This document shows positions 27,935 to 36,156 of a stretch of DNA of 37,527 bases, piece after piece; position 1 is the first letter of the stretch, and every line of letters begins with the position of its first letter. The position numbers and the translations under genes are program-made. Source of the DNA: an uncultured Janthinobacterium sp. (GTDB taxonomy: Bacteria > Vulcanimicrobiota > Vulcanimicrobiia > Vulcanimicrobiales > Vulcanimicrobiaceae); the NCBI GenBank assembly GCA_964658025.1, contig CAZZXB010000011.1:1-37527 (forward strand). The letters are read 5' to 3'. The notes under the pieces are model-generated. The model was not told the origin of the DNA, did no database searches, and saw only the letters and a program-made list of their open reading frames with translations.

Positions 27935-28164
27935 GGGTCCCGGAGCGGCTTAGGAACGTTTCCTAAGATGGTCCGGTACCAGCCGTGAACGCGGCGCAAG
28001 GGGGCGGCACGCCCAACGTGCCATCGCGGAACGACGTTCGCGCCGCCGAGATAGGACTCGGCACGCCGGCAAGATCGTTCCGACAGGTCGGGGTCGCAAG
28101 TGCACCGCACGCGCCAGCCGACGCGCCTGGAGGTGGGATCAACCCAACCAATCGAGGAGTCAAG
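27935..28164 (+). promoter_or_regulatory. Long structured 5' leader of speD, candidate cis-regulatory RNA
   Basis: At least seven hairpins between the promoter and the GAGGAG-N5-ATG start. Contains the uORF MVRYQP*. Confidence 0.55.
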
Positions 28165-28584
28165 ATGGAAACACGTGGAACGCACGTCGTGTGCGAGCTT
28201 TCGGGATGTGACGCGACGAAATTGACCGACGTGGACGGGGTCCGCGACGTCATGGAGTCGGCGGCCCGGGAAGCGAACGCCGAAATTCTCAAGGTCGTCT
28301 TTCACCGCTTTCAGCCCCAGGGCGTCTCCGGCGTCGTCGTGATCGCCGAGTCGCACCTTTCGATCCACACCTGGCCCGAGGCGGGCTACGCGGCGGTCGA
28401 CTTCTACACGTGCGGCGACCACACGGATCCCTGGCGCGCGTGCGAGTACGCGGCCAAGAAATTGGGAGCGACGACGATGTTGACGACCGAGGTAAAGCGC
28501 GGCATCGCGTCGACCAACGGTCAGTACACTCACGTCGTGCACGAGCACGCGGGTCGCGAGACGGCCGCTCGACGCTCTGCATAA
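28165..28584 (+). CDS. speD: S-adenosylmethionine decarboxylase proenzyme (class 1b, SpeH type)
   Basis: GTHVVCEL.GC, HRFQPQGVSGVVVIAE-SHLSIHTWPE (autocleavage site) and DFYTCG. GAGGAG RBS. Confidence 0.93.
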   Translation: METRGTHVVCELSGCDATKLTDVDGVRDVMESAAREANAEILKVVFHRFQPQGVSGVVVIAESHLSIHTWPEAGYAAVDFYTCGDHTDPWRACEYAAKKLGATTMLTTEVKRGIASTNGQYTHVVHEHAGRETAARRSA

Positions 28585-28608
28585 CCGCCTGCGAGGGATC
28601 CGACCACG

Positions 28609-30081
28609 TTGACTCGGTGGAATTTGTCGCGACCGCGCGTCCTGGGCTTGGGATTCGCGGTCGCGACGCTCACGTTTGCCGCTTGCGGCCACGGCGGCGG
28701 ATCGGTCGTCCCGACGGCGACGCCGACGCCGATTCCGACCGCCTCGGGCGGCGTCGTCACGTCGGCGTGTCAGACGTCTCCGTACGCGGCCTACGTCGCC
28801 GACGGCGGGAACGGGCGCGGCTTCTTCGGTCTCCAGGCGATCCACTACGCCGACACGAGCCAGGCGCTCTGCGCCTCTCCGGGATCGGCCGGGCTTCCGC
28901 CGACGGTCGCGTTCTCGGCTTCGGTCGGGCCGCTGACGCTCTCGCAGAACGATATCAACGGCATCCCGCTCGCGCTGGCGATCACGGGGGCGGGCGCGGG
29001 CGCGTACCATCTCGCGCAAGACATCTTCGGGCTCGGGCTCGGCGCGCCGGTCCCGGCGGGCGCGACGTACGATTTCAGCGTCGAGCCGCCCTCGCCGACG
29101 CCGGTCCCGTCCTCGAGCGCGACGATCGCGCCGAACGTTCCGCCGCTCCTCGGCGACGTCTCGTCGGTCTCGATCCTGCTCGCCGCGTCCAACGCCGCCT
29201 CGGCGGGCGTCGGGCTCGTGACGGCGCCGGACTCTTCGGGGATCGTCGCGGTCACGTCGCTCACGAACGCGCCGCCGGTCTACGGCCAGACGGTGTTCTA
29301 CCGTCCGACCGTCGCCACGGGGAACTCGATCACGCCGACGGTCGCCGCGCGTTCTTCGATCCTCGCCGCACCCGACGGAACCTCGGTCATCGCGCGGGGT
29401 CCCGCGGACTTATTGCTCTACGACGTGCCGCAACCGTACATCCTCAACCCGGTCGCCGAGAATACCGGACTCGGTTCGGCGGGCGTCGCCCGTAGCGGCT
29501 TCGGAAACATGGCCTACGATCCGGCCGACACGACGAAACTGCTCGTCGCCGGAACGTCGGGGGGCGGCGCCACGCAACTCACGCTGCTCACCGGGCTCCC
29601 GACGAAGCTCACGTCGTCGTCGACGATCACCGTGCCGGGAAGCGTCGTGAACTCGGTCGCCTTCGACTCGACCGGCGCGTACGCGTACGTCGCGACCGAC
29701 GTCGGGATCGTCGCCGTCGGCGGGGTCTCGAGCGATACGCTCGCGATCGCGAAGGCGTTCACCACGACGTCGGTCGCGAACGCGAGTCAGATTCCGTACG
29801 TCGACTGCAACGGTCGCTCGACGACGATGACCGACGTGTACGCGGCGCGCGTCGCCGTCACGTCGGATCAGTATCTCGTCGCGTTCGGCACGTCGCCCGG
29901 CACGACGTGCGCGAGCGGCTACGACGCGGCGGTCGTCGCGATCCCGTTCTCGCCCGCGCTCGCCACGGTGTCGTCGCCGTCGCCCGCGCCGACCTCGTCC
30001 GCGACCGCTTCACCGACGAAGTTCACGCAGAACAACGTCATCGCGCCTCCGGCGAACGCCGACTACTTCGTCGCTCGCTGA
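28609..30081 (+). CDS. Lipoprotein of unknown function, Pro/Thr/Ser-rich, probable beta-propeller
   Basis: TTG start. Lipobox FAA-C followed by G, TATPTP linker, and a SVAFDSTGAYAYVAT blade-like segment. Confidence 0.7.
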   Translation: MTRWNLSRPRVLGLGFAVATLTFAACGHGGGSVVPTATPTPIPTASGGVVTSACQTSPYAAYVADGGNGRGFFGLQAIHYADTSQALCASPGSAGLPPTVAFSASVGPLTLSQNDINGIPLALAITGAGAGAYHLAQDIFGLGLGAPVPAGATYDFSVEPPSPTPVPSSSATIAPNVPPLLGDVSSVSILLAASNAASAGVGLVTAPDSSGIVAVTSLTNAPPVYGQTVFYRPTVATGNSITPTVAARSSILAAPDGTSVIARGPADLLLYDVPQPYILNPVAENTGLGSAGVARSGFGNMAYDPADTTKLLVAGTSGGGATQLTLLTGLPTKLTSSSTITVPGSVVNSVAFDSTGAYAYVATDVGIVAVGGVSSDTLAIAKAFTTTSVANASQIPYVDCNGRSTTMTDVYAARVAVTSDQYLVAFGTSPGTTCASGYDAAVVAIPFSPALATVSSPSPAPTSSATASPTKFTQNNVIAPPANADYFVAR

Positions 30082-30093
30082 GGCGCGCCGACG

Positions 30094-30981
30094 ATGCCGA
30101 AAACCGACCGATGGCAGTGGTACGTCGAGGAGTTCTCTCCCACGGAATCCCACCATCACGCGATCGACGAAACGTATTTCGCCGGACGGACGCCGTACCA
30201 GAACGTCGCCGTCATCCGAACGCCGACGTTCGGGAAGATGCTCGTGCTCGACGGCGACACGCAGAGTTCGCAGGGCGACGAGAAGATCTACCACGAGTCG
30301 CTCGTCCATCCGGCGCTCGCGGCGGTCGCCGATCGACGCGAGGTGCTCGTCCTCGGCGGCGGTGAGGGCGCGACCTTACGCGAGGCGCTCCGGCGCGACG
30401 ACGTCCGGCGCGTCACGATGATCGACATCGACGGCGACGTGGTCGATCTCTCGAAGCGCTATCTCGCCGAATGGTCGGACGGCGCGTTCGAGGACCCGCG
30501 CGCGCGCGTGATCATCGGCGACGCGCTCGCGTTCTTGCGCGACGATCGCGAGACGTACGGCACGATCGTCTCCGATCTCACCGAACCGCTCGAGGACTCG
30601 CCGTCGAATCCGCTCTTCTGCGACGCCGTCTTCACCGACATCAAGCGCCGGCTCGCGCCGGGCGGCGTGTACGTGTTGCAAGCGAGTACGGCCGGCTTCC
30701 ACAACATGGCGTTGCACGCCAAGATGCATCGGACGCTGCGCGGATACTACCGGTTCGTGCGTTCGTTCTACACGCACGTTCCCGCGTTCGACAACGACTG
30801 GGCGTTCATCGCGTGTTCGGACGCCGTCGACGTCGCGGCGCTCGCGCCCGAGCGGATCGACGCGTACGTCGCGGGGTTGCGCGGCGAGAATTTTTATTAC
30901 GACGCCGAGACGCACCGTCGATTGTTCAGCCTGCCGCTCTACCTGCGTCGCGAACTGGCGAAAGACGGCGACGTCTTTTGA
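30094..30981 (+). CDS. speE: Polyamine aminopropyltransferase
   Basis: GKMLVLDGDTQS...DE.IYHESLVHP, VLVLGGGEGATLRE, IDIDG and DLTEP motifs. Confidence 0.92.
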   Translation: MPKTDRWQWYVEEFSPTESHHHAIDETYFAGRTPYQNVAVIRTPTFGKMLVLDGDTQSSQGDEKIYHESLVHPALAAVADRREVLVLGGGEGATLREALRRDDVRRVTMIDIDGDVVDLSKRYLAEWSDGAFEDPRARVIIGDALAFLRDDRETYGTIVSDLTEPLEDSPSNPLFCDAVFTDIKRRLAPGGVYVLQASTAGFHNMALHAKMHRTLRGYYRFVRSFYTHVPAFDNDWAFIACSDAVDVAALAPERIDAYVAGLRGENFYYDAETHRRLFSLPLYLRRELAKDGDVF

Positions 30982-31436
30982 GCGACGTGCCGCCCGAGAT
31001 CGTGCGCGACGCGGCGATCGCGATGTGGGAGAAGCAGAAGGCGCATTTCGTCAAGGTGCTCGACTTGCGGCTGATCGATTTCGGCGGAGGGAAGGCCGAA
31101 CTGCGGATGCCGTTCGGCGAGCACGTGATGAACGGCGCGGGCGCGGTGCACGGCGGCGCGATCATGAGCCTCTGCGATACCGCGTTCTGGGTCGCGCTCG
31201 CGTCGATCTACGGCGTCGATCAGCCGACGGCGACCGCCTCGCTCACGTGTAGTTTCTTGCGCCCCGCGCTTCCACCGCACGATCTCGTCGCGAAGGCGAG
31301 CGTCCTCAAGCCCGGCAAACGCATCGTCTACGGCGAGATCCTCGTGTACTCGAACGATCGTCTCGTGGCGCATTCCACGACGTCGTTCCTCAACACCGCC
31401 GCTGGCGAGACCGAACAGAGCGGCCCGCGGTTGTGA
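30978..31436 (+). CDS. PaaI family (hotdog-fold) thioesterase
   Basis: NGAGAVHGGAIMSLCDTA and FLRPA motifs. TTG start overlaps the speE stop, and its stop overlaps the gcvT start. Confidence 0.85.
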   Translation: MSDVPPEIVRDAAIAMWEKQKAHFVKVLDLRLIDFGGGKAELRMPFGEHVMNGAGAVHGGAIMSLCDTAFWVALASIYGVDQPTATASLTCSFLRPALPPHDLVAKASVLKPGKRIVYGEILVYSNDRLVAHSTTSFLNTAAGETEQSGPRL

Positions 31437-32539
31437 GTTCGGACGCGCTCGAGCGAACCGCGCTCCACGCCGAGCACGTCGCGCTCGGCGCGCGTATGGT
31501 GCCCTTCGGTGGGTTCGAGATGCCCGTGCAATACGCGGGGATCCTCAAGGAACACGCGGCGGTCCGCGAGCGCGCGGGGCTGTTCGATCTCTCGCACATG
31601 GCGCAGTACGAGTTGCGCGGCGCCGGCGTCGCCGCGTGGGCCGATGCCCTGACGGTCAACGCCGTATCGACGATGCCGACGTATTCCGCGCGCTACAACC
31701 TCTTCACGAACGAGTCGGGCGGCGTGCGCGACGACGTGCTCTTCTATCGGTTGCCCGATCGCCATCTGCTCGTCGTCAATGCGGCGAACGCCGCGAAGAT
31801 GTGGCCGTATCTCGAGACCGCCGCCGCGGGCCGCAGCGACGTCGCGCTCGAGTCCCGCCACGGGTCGGCCGCGCTCGTCGCGATCCAGGGTCCGCGCGCG
31901 GCCGCGATCCTCGCGCCGCTCTGCGACGTCGACGTTACGGCGCTGAAGTATTATGCGTGCGCCGAGGGCACGGTGTCGGGCGCGCCCGCGACGATCGCGC
32001 GGACCGGCTACACGGGCGAGGACGGCTTCGAACTCTTCGTCGACGGCGAGGACGCGCCGTCGCTCTGGCACGCGCTCCTCGCCGCGGGGGCGCCCCTCGG
32101 TCTCGAGCCCGTCGGGCTCGGCGCGCGCGACGTGCTCCGACTCGAAGCGGGGATGCCGCTCTACGGCTTCGAGCTCGCCGAGGATCTCTCGCCGCTCGCG
32201 GGCGGCCAAGGGTGGGCCGTGAAGTTCGACAAGGGCGATTTCGTCGGGCGGGCCGCGCTCGTCGCCGAGCGCGATCGCGACGACTACGCGCGGATCGCGG
32301 GCGTCGTGCTCGAGGGCCGCGTCCCGGCGCGCGGCGGATACCCGGTGTGGCACGACGATGCGGTCGTCGGAACGGTCAAGAGCGCGTCGGTCGCGCCGTC
32401 GCTCGGGGGCCGCAACGTCGCGACCGTGCTGGTCCCGAAAGCCGTGGCGCGACCGGGGACGTCGCTCGAGATCGAGATTCGTGGGAACCGACACAAAGCG
32501 ACGGTGACCCCGTTACCGTTCTACAAACGACCTCGCTGA
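31433..32539 (+). CDS. gcvT: Glycine cleavage system aminomethyltransferase T
   Basis: MVPFGGFEMPVQY, GLFDLSHM, RTGYTGEDGFE and GLGARDVLRLEAG motifs. Confidence 0.96.
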   Translation: MSSDALERTALHAEHVALGARMVPFGGFEMPVQYAGILKEHAAVRERAGLFDLSHMAQYELRGAGVAAWADALTVNAVSTMPTYSARYNLFTNESGGVRDDVLFYRLPDRHLLVVNAANAAKMWPYLETAAAGRSDVALESRHGSAALVAIQGPRAAAILAPLCDVDVTALKYYACAEGTVSGAPATIARTGYTGEDGFELFVDGEDAPSLWHALLAAGAPLGLEPVGLGARDVLRLEAGMPLYGFELAEDLSPLAGGQGWAVKFDKGDFVGRAALVAERDRDDYARIAGVVLEGRVPARGGYPVWHDDAVVGTVKSASVAPSLGGRNVATVLVPKAVARPGTSLEIEIRGNRHKATVTPLPFYKRPR

Positions 32540-32573
32540 CGCGGGTCGTACGTCTCGACGAAAGGACCATCCG

Positions 32574-32954
32574 ATGCCCTCGCCCGCCGGGCTCAAATAC
32601 AGTAAGGAACACGAGTGGCTCAAGGTCGACGGCGACGTCGCGACCGTCGGTATCACGGAGTACGCGCAAGACTCGCTCGGCGATATCGTCTACGTCGAAC
32701 TGCCGCGCATCGGCGCCTCGATCGCCCAGTTCGCGTCGGTCGGCGTCGTGGAATCGGTCAAGGCCGTCTCCGATCTCTTCACGCCCGTCGGCGGCGAGGT
32801 GACGGAAGTGAACGCGGCGCTCGAAGGCGATCCGTCGCTCGTCAATCGCGACGCCTACGGCGACGGATGGCTGTTTCGCGTGAAGCTCGACGGCGAAAGT
32901 TTTCGCGAGGCGTTGCTCGACCCGGAAGAATACGACAAAGTCGTTTCGGCCTGA
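32574..32954 (+). CDS. gcvH: Glycine cleavage system H protein
   Basis: YSKEHEW, GITEYAQ..LGD and VESVKAVSD (lipoyl Lys). Confidence 0.97.
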   Translation: MPSPAGLKYSKEHEWLKVDGDVATVGITEYAQDSLGDIVYVELPRIGASIAQFASVGVVESVKAVSDLFTPVGGEVTEVNAALEGDPSLVNRDAYGDGWLFRVKLDGESFREALLDPEEYDKVVSA

Positions 32955-32979
32955 CCCCTTTTCGGGTTAGAACGTAGGT

Positions 32980-34353
32980 ATGTACGCGCCGCATACCGAC
33001 TCCGATATCGCGGAGATGCTCGCCGTCGTGGGCGCCGGGTCGCTCGACGATCTCGTCCGCGTGCCGGACGCCGTGGCGATCCGCGGGCCGCTCGACCTTC
33101 CGGGTCCGTTGCCCGAACTCGAACTCGGGCGGCGCGTCGCGGCGTATGCGGACGAGAATCGCGCGCTCGCGTACGCGTCGTTTCTCGGCGCGGGCGCCTA
33201 CCGGCACTACGTTCCGCCCGTGCTCGGCGCGCTCGCGATGCGCGGAGAGTTCCTGACGGCGTACACGCCCTATCAGGCGGAAGTCTCGCAGGGCTATCTC
33301 CAGGCGATCTACGAGTGGCAGACCTACGTGTGCCTGCTCACCGGGCTCGATCTCGCGAACGCGTCGGTGTACGACGGCGCGACGGCGCTCGCGGAAGGCG
33401 CGATCATGGCCGTGAACGCGACCGGCCGGAAGCGGATCGTCGTCTCCGCGGCGATCCATCCGAATTATCGCGGCGTGCTCGAAACGTACGCGAACGGGCT
33501 CGAACTCGAGATCGTCGAGCTACCGTATGCTTCCGACGGTACGACGGATTTCACCGGGCTGGCGGCCGAACTCGCGCGTGCCCCGGTCGCGGCCGTCGCG
33601 ATCGGGAGCCCGAATTTTTTCGGCGCGATCGACGTGCCGTCGGCCGAGGTGCGCGCGACGATCGCCGCGAGCGGCGCCGTGACGATCGGCGTCGTCGCCG
33701 AAGCGATGTCGCTCGGCGCGCTCGTCCCGCCGGGCGAATGGGGCGCGCAGATCGCGGTCGGCGAGGCGCAGTCGTTCGGCGTTCCGGTCGCGTACGGCGG
33801 ACCGTACGTCGGCTTCATCGCGGCCTCGAAAGAGCACATGCGCCGGATTCCGGGTCGACTCGTCGGACGGAGCGTCGACGTGGACGGCAAGCTCGCGTAC
33901 ACGCTCACGTTGCAGGCCCGCGAGCAACACATCCGGCGCGAAAAAGCGACCTCGAACATCTGCACGAACCAAGCCCACTGCGCGCTGCTCGCAACGATCT
34001 ATCTCGCCGCGGTCGGCGAGACGGGACTGCGCCGCTGTGCGACGCTCAACGTGGAGCGCGCCTACGCGCTCGCGGAGGCGGTCTGCGCCGTGCCCGGTTT
34101 CACGCGCGCGTTCGCGGCGCCCGTCTTCAACGAGTTCGTCGCCCGCGTCCCCGCGGGATCGACCGCGGACGACGTGCTCGCGGCGCTACGCGAGCGGAAG
34201 ATCCTCGGCGGCGTGGCACTCGGGCGTTTCTATCCCGAACTCGCCGATTGCATCCTGATGACCGCGACCGAGCTGACGACGGACGACGAGATCGCGGCGC
34301 TCGGCGACGCGCTCGCGACGTACGCCAAGGAGAAGACGCTTGTCCGCCGCTAA
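32980..34353 (+). CDS. gcvPA: Glycine dehydrogenase subunit 1
   Basis: FLTAYTPYQAEVSQG, NASVYDGA and REQHIRREKATSNICTNQA motifs. Confidence 0.96.
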   Translation: MYAPHTDSDIAEMLAVVGAGSLDDLVRVPDAVAIRGPLDLPGPLPELELGRRVAAYADENRALAYASFLGAGAYRHYVPPVLGALAMRGEFLTAYTPYQAEVSQGYLQAIYEWQTYVCLLTGLDLANASVYDGATALAEGAIMAVNATGRKRIVVSAAIHPNYRGVLETYANGLELEIVELPYASDGTTDFTGLAAELARAPVAAVAIGSPNFFGAIDVPSAEVRATIAASGAVTIGVVAEAMSLGALVPPGEWGAQIAVGEAQSFGVPVAYGGPYVGFIAASKEHMRRIPGRLVGRSVDVDGKLAYTLTLQAREQHIRREKATSNICTNQAHCALLATIYLAAVGETGLRRCATLNVERAYALAEAVCAVPGFTRAFAAPVFNEFVARVPAGSTADDVLAALRERKILGGVALGRFYPELADCILMTATELTTDDEIAALGDALATYAKEKTLVRR

Positions 34354-36001
34354 CGATACGCCGCATACCGCTAACGATACCTCGGCCGCGAACGGCGGAA
34401 CGCCTGCCGCGAAGGGGGCGTCGCCTGCGGCGAACCGTACGACGCCCGACGCTCGCGGTGCGCGATTCGCGGCCGACGATCGGCCGTCGTTCCCCGACGG
34501 TCCGCCGACCGCGCTCGGCGATCGTTTCGAACCCGGCGCGACCGAGCCGCTGATCTTCGAACTCGGGCGTCGCGGGCGCGCGAACGCGTATTTTCCCAAC
34601 GGCCGCGCGCTCGAGGAATTCCTACCGGCCGGCGTGCTTCGTCGCGCGTTACCGATCCCCGATAACGGCGAGCTCGAAGTCGTGCGGCATTTCACGCGGC
34701 TCTCGCAGCGAAATTTCTCGATCGACACGGGCTTCTATCCGCTCGGGTCGTGCACGATGAAGTACAACCCGCGCGTGAACGACGCGATGGCGAACCTTCC
34801 CGGCTTCCGCGATCTCCATCCGTTCGCGCCCGACGACCTCGCGCAGGGGGCGCTGCGCGTGATGTACGACCTCGAGCGCGCGCTCGCCACGATCTTCGGC
34901 ATGGCGGCGTTCTCGCTCAATCCCGCGGCCGGCGCGCACGCGGAACTCGCCGCGCTCCTGATCGCGAAGTCGTATTTCGCGAAGCGCGGCGAGACGGCGC
35001 GTACGACCGTCATCGTCCCCGATACGGCGCACGGCACGAATCCCGCCTCCGCCGCGATGGTCGGCTACAAGGTGATCTCGCTGCGGAGCGACGCGCGCGG
35101 TCGCGTCGATCCGGACGAACTGCGCAAGGTCGTCGGAGCGGACACGGCCGTCTGCATGATGACCAATCCCAATACGCTCGGGCTTTTCGAAGATCGGATC
35201 GCCGAGATCTCCGCGATCGTCCACGAGGCGGGCGGTCTCATGTATTACGACGGCGCCAACGCCAACGCGCTGATGGGGAACGCGCGTCCGGGCGACATGG
35301 GCTTCGATCTCATGCACCTCAACCTGCACAAGACGTTCTCGATCCCGCACGGCGGCGGCGGCGCGGGGCACGGTCCCGTCGGCGTCGCGGCGCATCTCGT
35401 CCCGTTCTTGCCGACGCCGACCGTGCGACGCACGGACGACGGCACGTACGCGCTCGATTTCGATCGCCCGGATTCGATCGGGCCGATGCGTTCGTTCTGG
35501 TCCAACTTCGCGCACGCGGTCCGCGCGCTCACGTACGTCCTCGCGAACGGCGGGTCCGGACTGACGAACGTCTCGAAACTCGCGGTGCTCAACGCGAATT
35601 ACGTGCGCGTGCGCGTGCGCGAATTTCTCACGACGCCCTACGACGAGCCGTGTCGTCACGAGTTCGTCGCATCCGCGCAGACGCTCAAGCGCGAGACGGG
35701 CGTGCGCGCGCTCGATCTCGCGAAGGCGTTACTCGATCGCGGTTTCCACGCGCCGACGATCTACTTCCCGTTACTCGTCGCCGAGTGTCTGATGATCGAA
35801 CCGACGGAGACGGAATCCAAGGAGACGCTCGACGCCTTCGTCGCGACGCTCCGCGAGGTCGTCGAGAGCGCGCGCACGGATCCGAGCGTCGCGCTCGAAG
35901 CGCCGCGCACGACGATCGTCCGCCGCATCGACGAAACCCGCGCCGCGCGCCAACCCGACCTGCGCTGGATGCCGCGGGTGACGGAGTCCGCCGTCTCGTG
36001 A
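34340..36001 (+). CDS. gcvPB: Glycine dehydrogenase subunit 2
   Basis: YPLGSCTMKYNP, AHGTNPASA, NLHKTFSIPHGGGG and EPTETESKE motifs. Carries an N-terminal extension of about 65 aa. Confidence 0.95.
   Translation: MSAANDTPHTANDTSAANGGTPAAKGASPAANRTTPDARGARFAADDRPSFPDGPPTALGDRFEPGATEPLIFELGRRGRANAYFPNGRALEEFLPAGVLRRALPIPDNGELEVVRHFTRLSQRNFSIDTGFYPLGSCTMKYNPRVNDAMANLPGFRDLHPFAPDDLAQGALRVMYDLERALATIFGMAAFSLNPAAGAHAELAALLIAKSYFAKRGETARTTVIVPDTAHGTNPASAAMVGYKVISLRSDARGRVDPDELRKVVGADTAVCMMTNPNTLGLFEDRIAEISAIVHEAGGLMYYDGANANALMGNARPGDMGFDLMHLNLHKTFSIPHGGGGAGHGPVGVAAHLVPFLPTPTVRRTDDGTYALDFDRPDSIGPMRSFWSNFAHAVRALTYVLANGGSGLTNVSKLAVLNANYVRVRVREFLTTPYDEPCRHEFVASAQTLKRETGVRALDLAKALLDRGFHAPTIYFPLLVAECLMIEPTETESKETLDAFVATLREVVESARTDPSVALEAPRTTIVRRIDETRAARQPDLRWMPRVTESAVS
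34346..34450 (+). repeat. Degenerate 18-21-nt coding repeats in the gcvPB N-terminus
   Basis: CCGCTAACGATAC occurs twice at 21-nt spacing. Peptide units: AANDTPH/TANDTS/AANGGTP/AAKGASP/AANRTTP. Confidence 0.6.
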
Positions 36002-36156
36002 ATCCGGGCGAGATCCCGTCCGTCTCGGTCTGACGCCGTGGCTCGCCGACGCGCGCTTCGAACGACGTCGGTTGTCGCGGCCCGTCGCCGATCCGTCGCG
36101 TCGCGTCTCGAGCGTGGATTCCGGGAGCGCGGCGTCGATCTCCTGAAGACGTTCGC

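Noticed and set aside
27930..28160. Canonical SAM-I or glycine riboswitch in the speD leader
   Set aside because: Neither the SAM-I core (ATC.AGAG, GCAACC, GTGC.AA) nor the glycine core (GGAGAG, CCGAAG, CTCTCAGG) could be found by eye.
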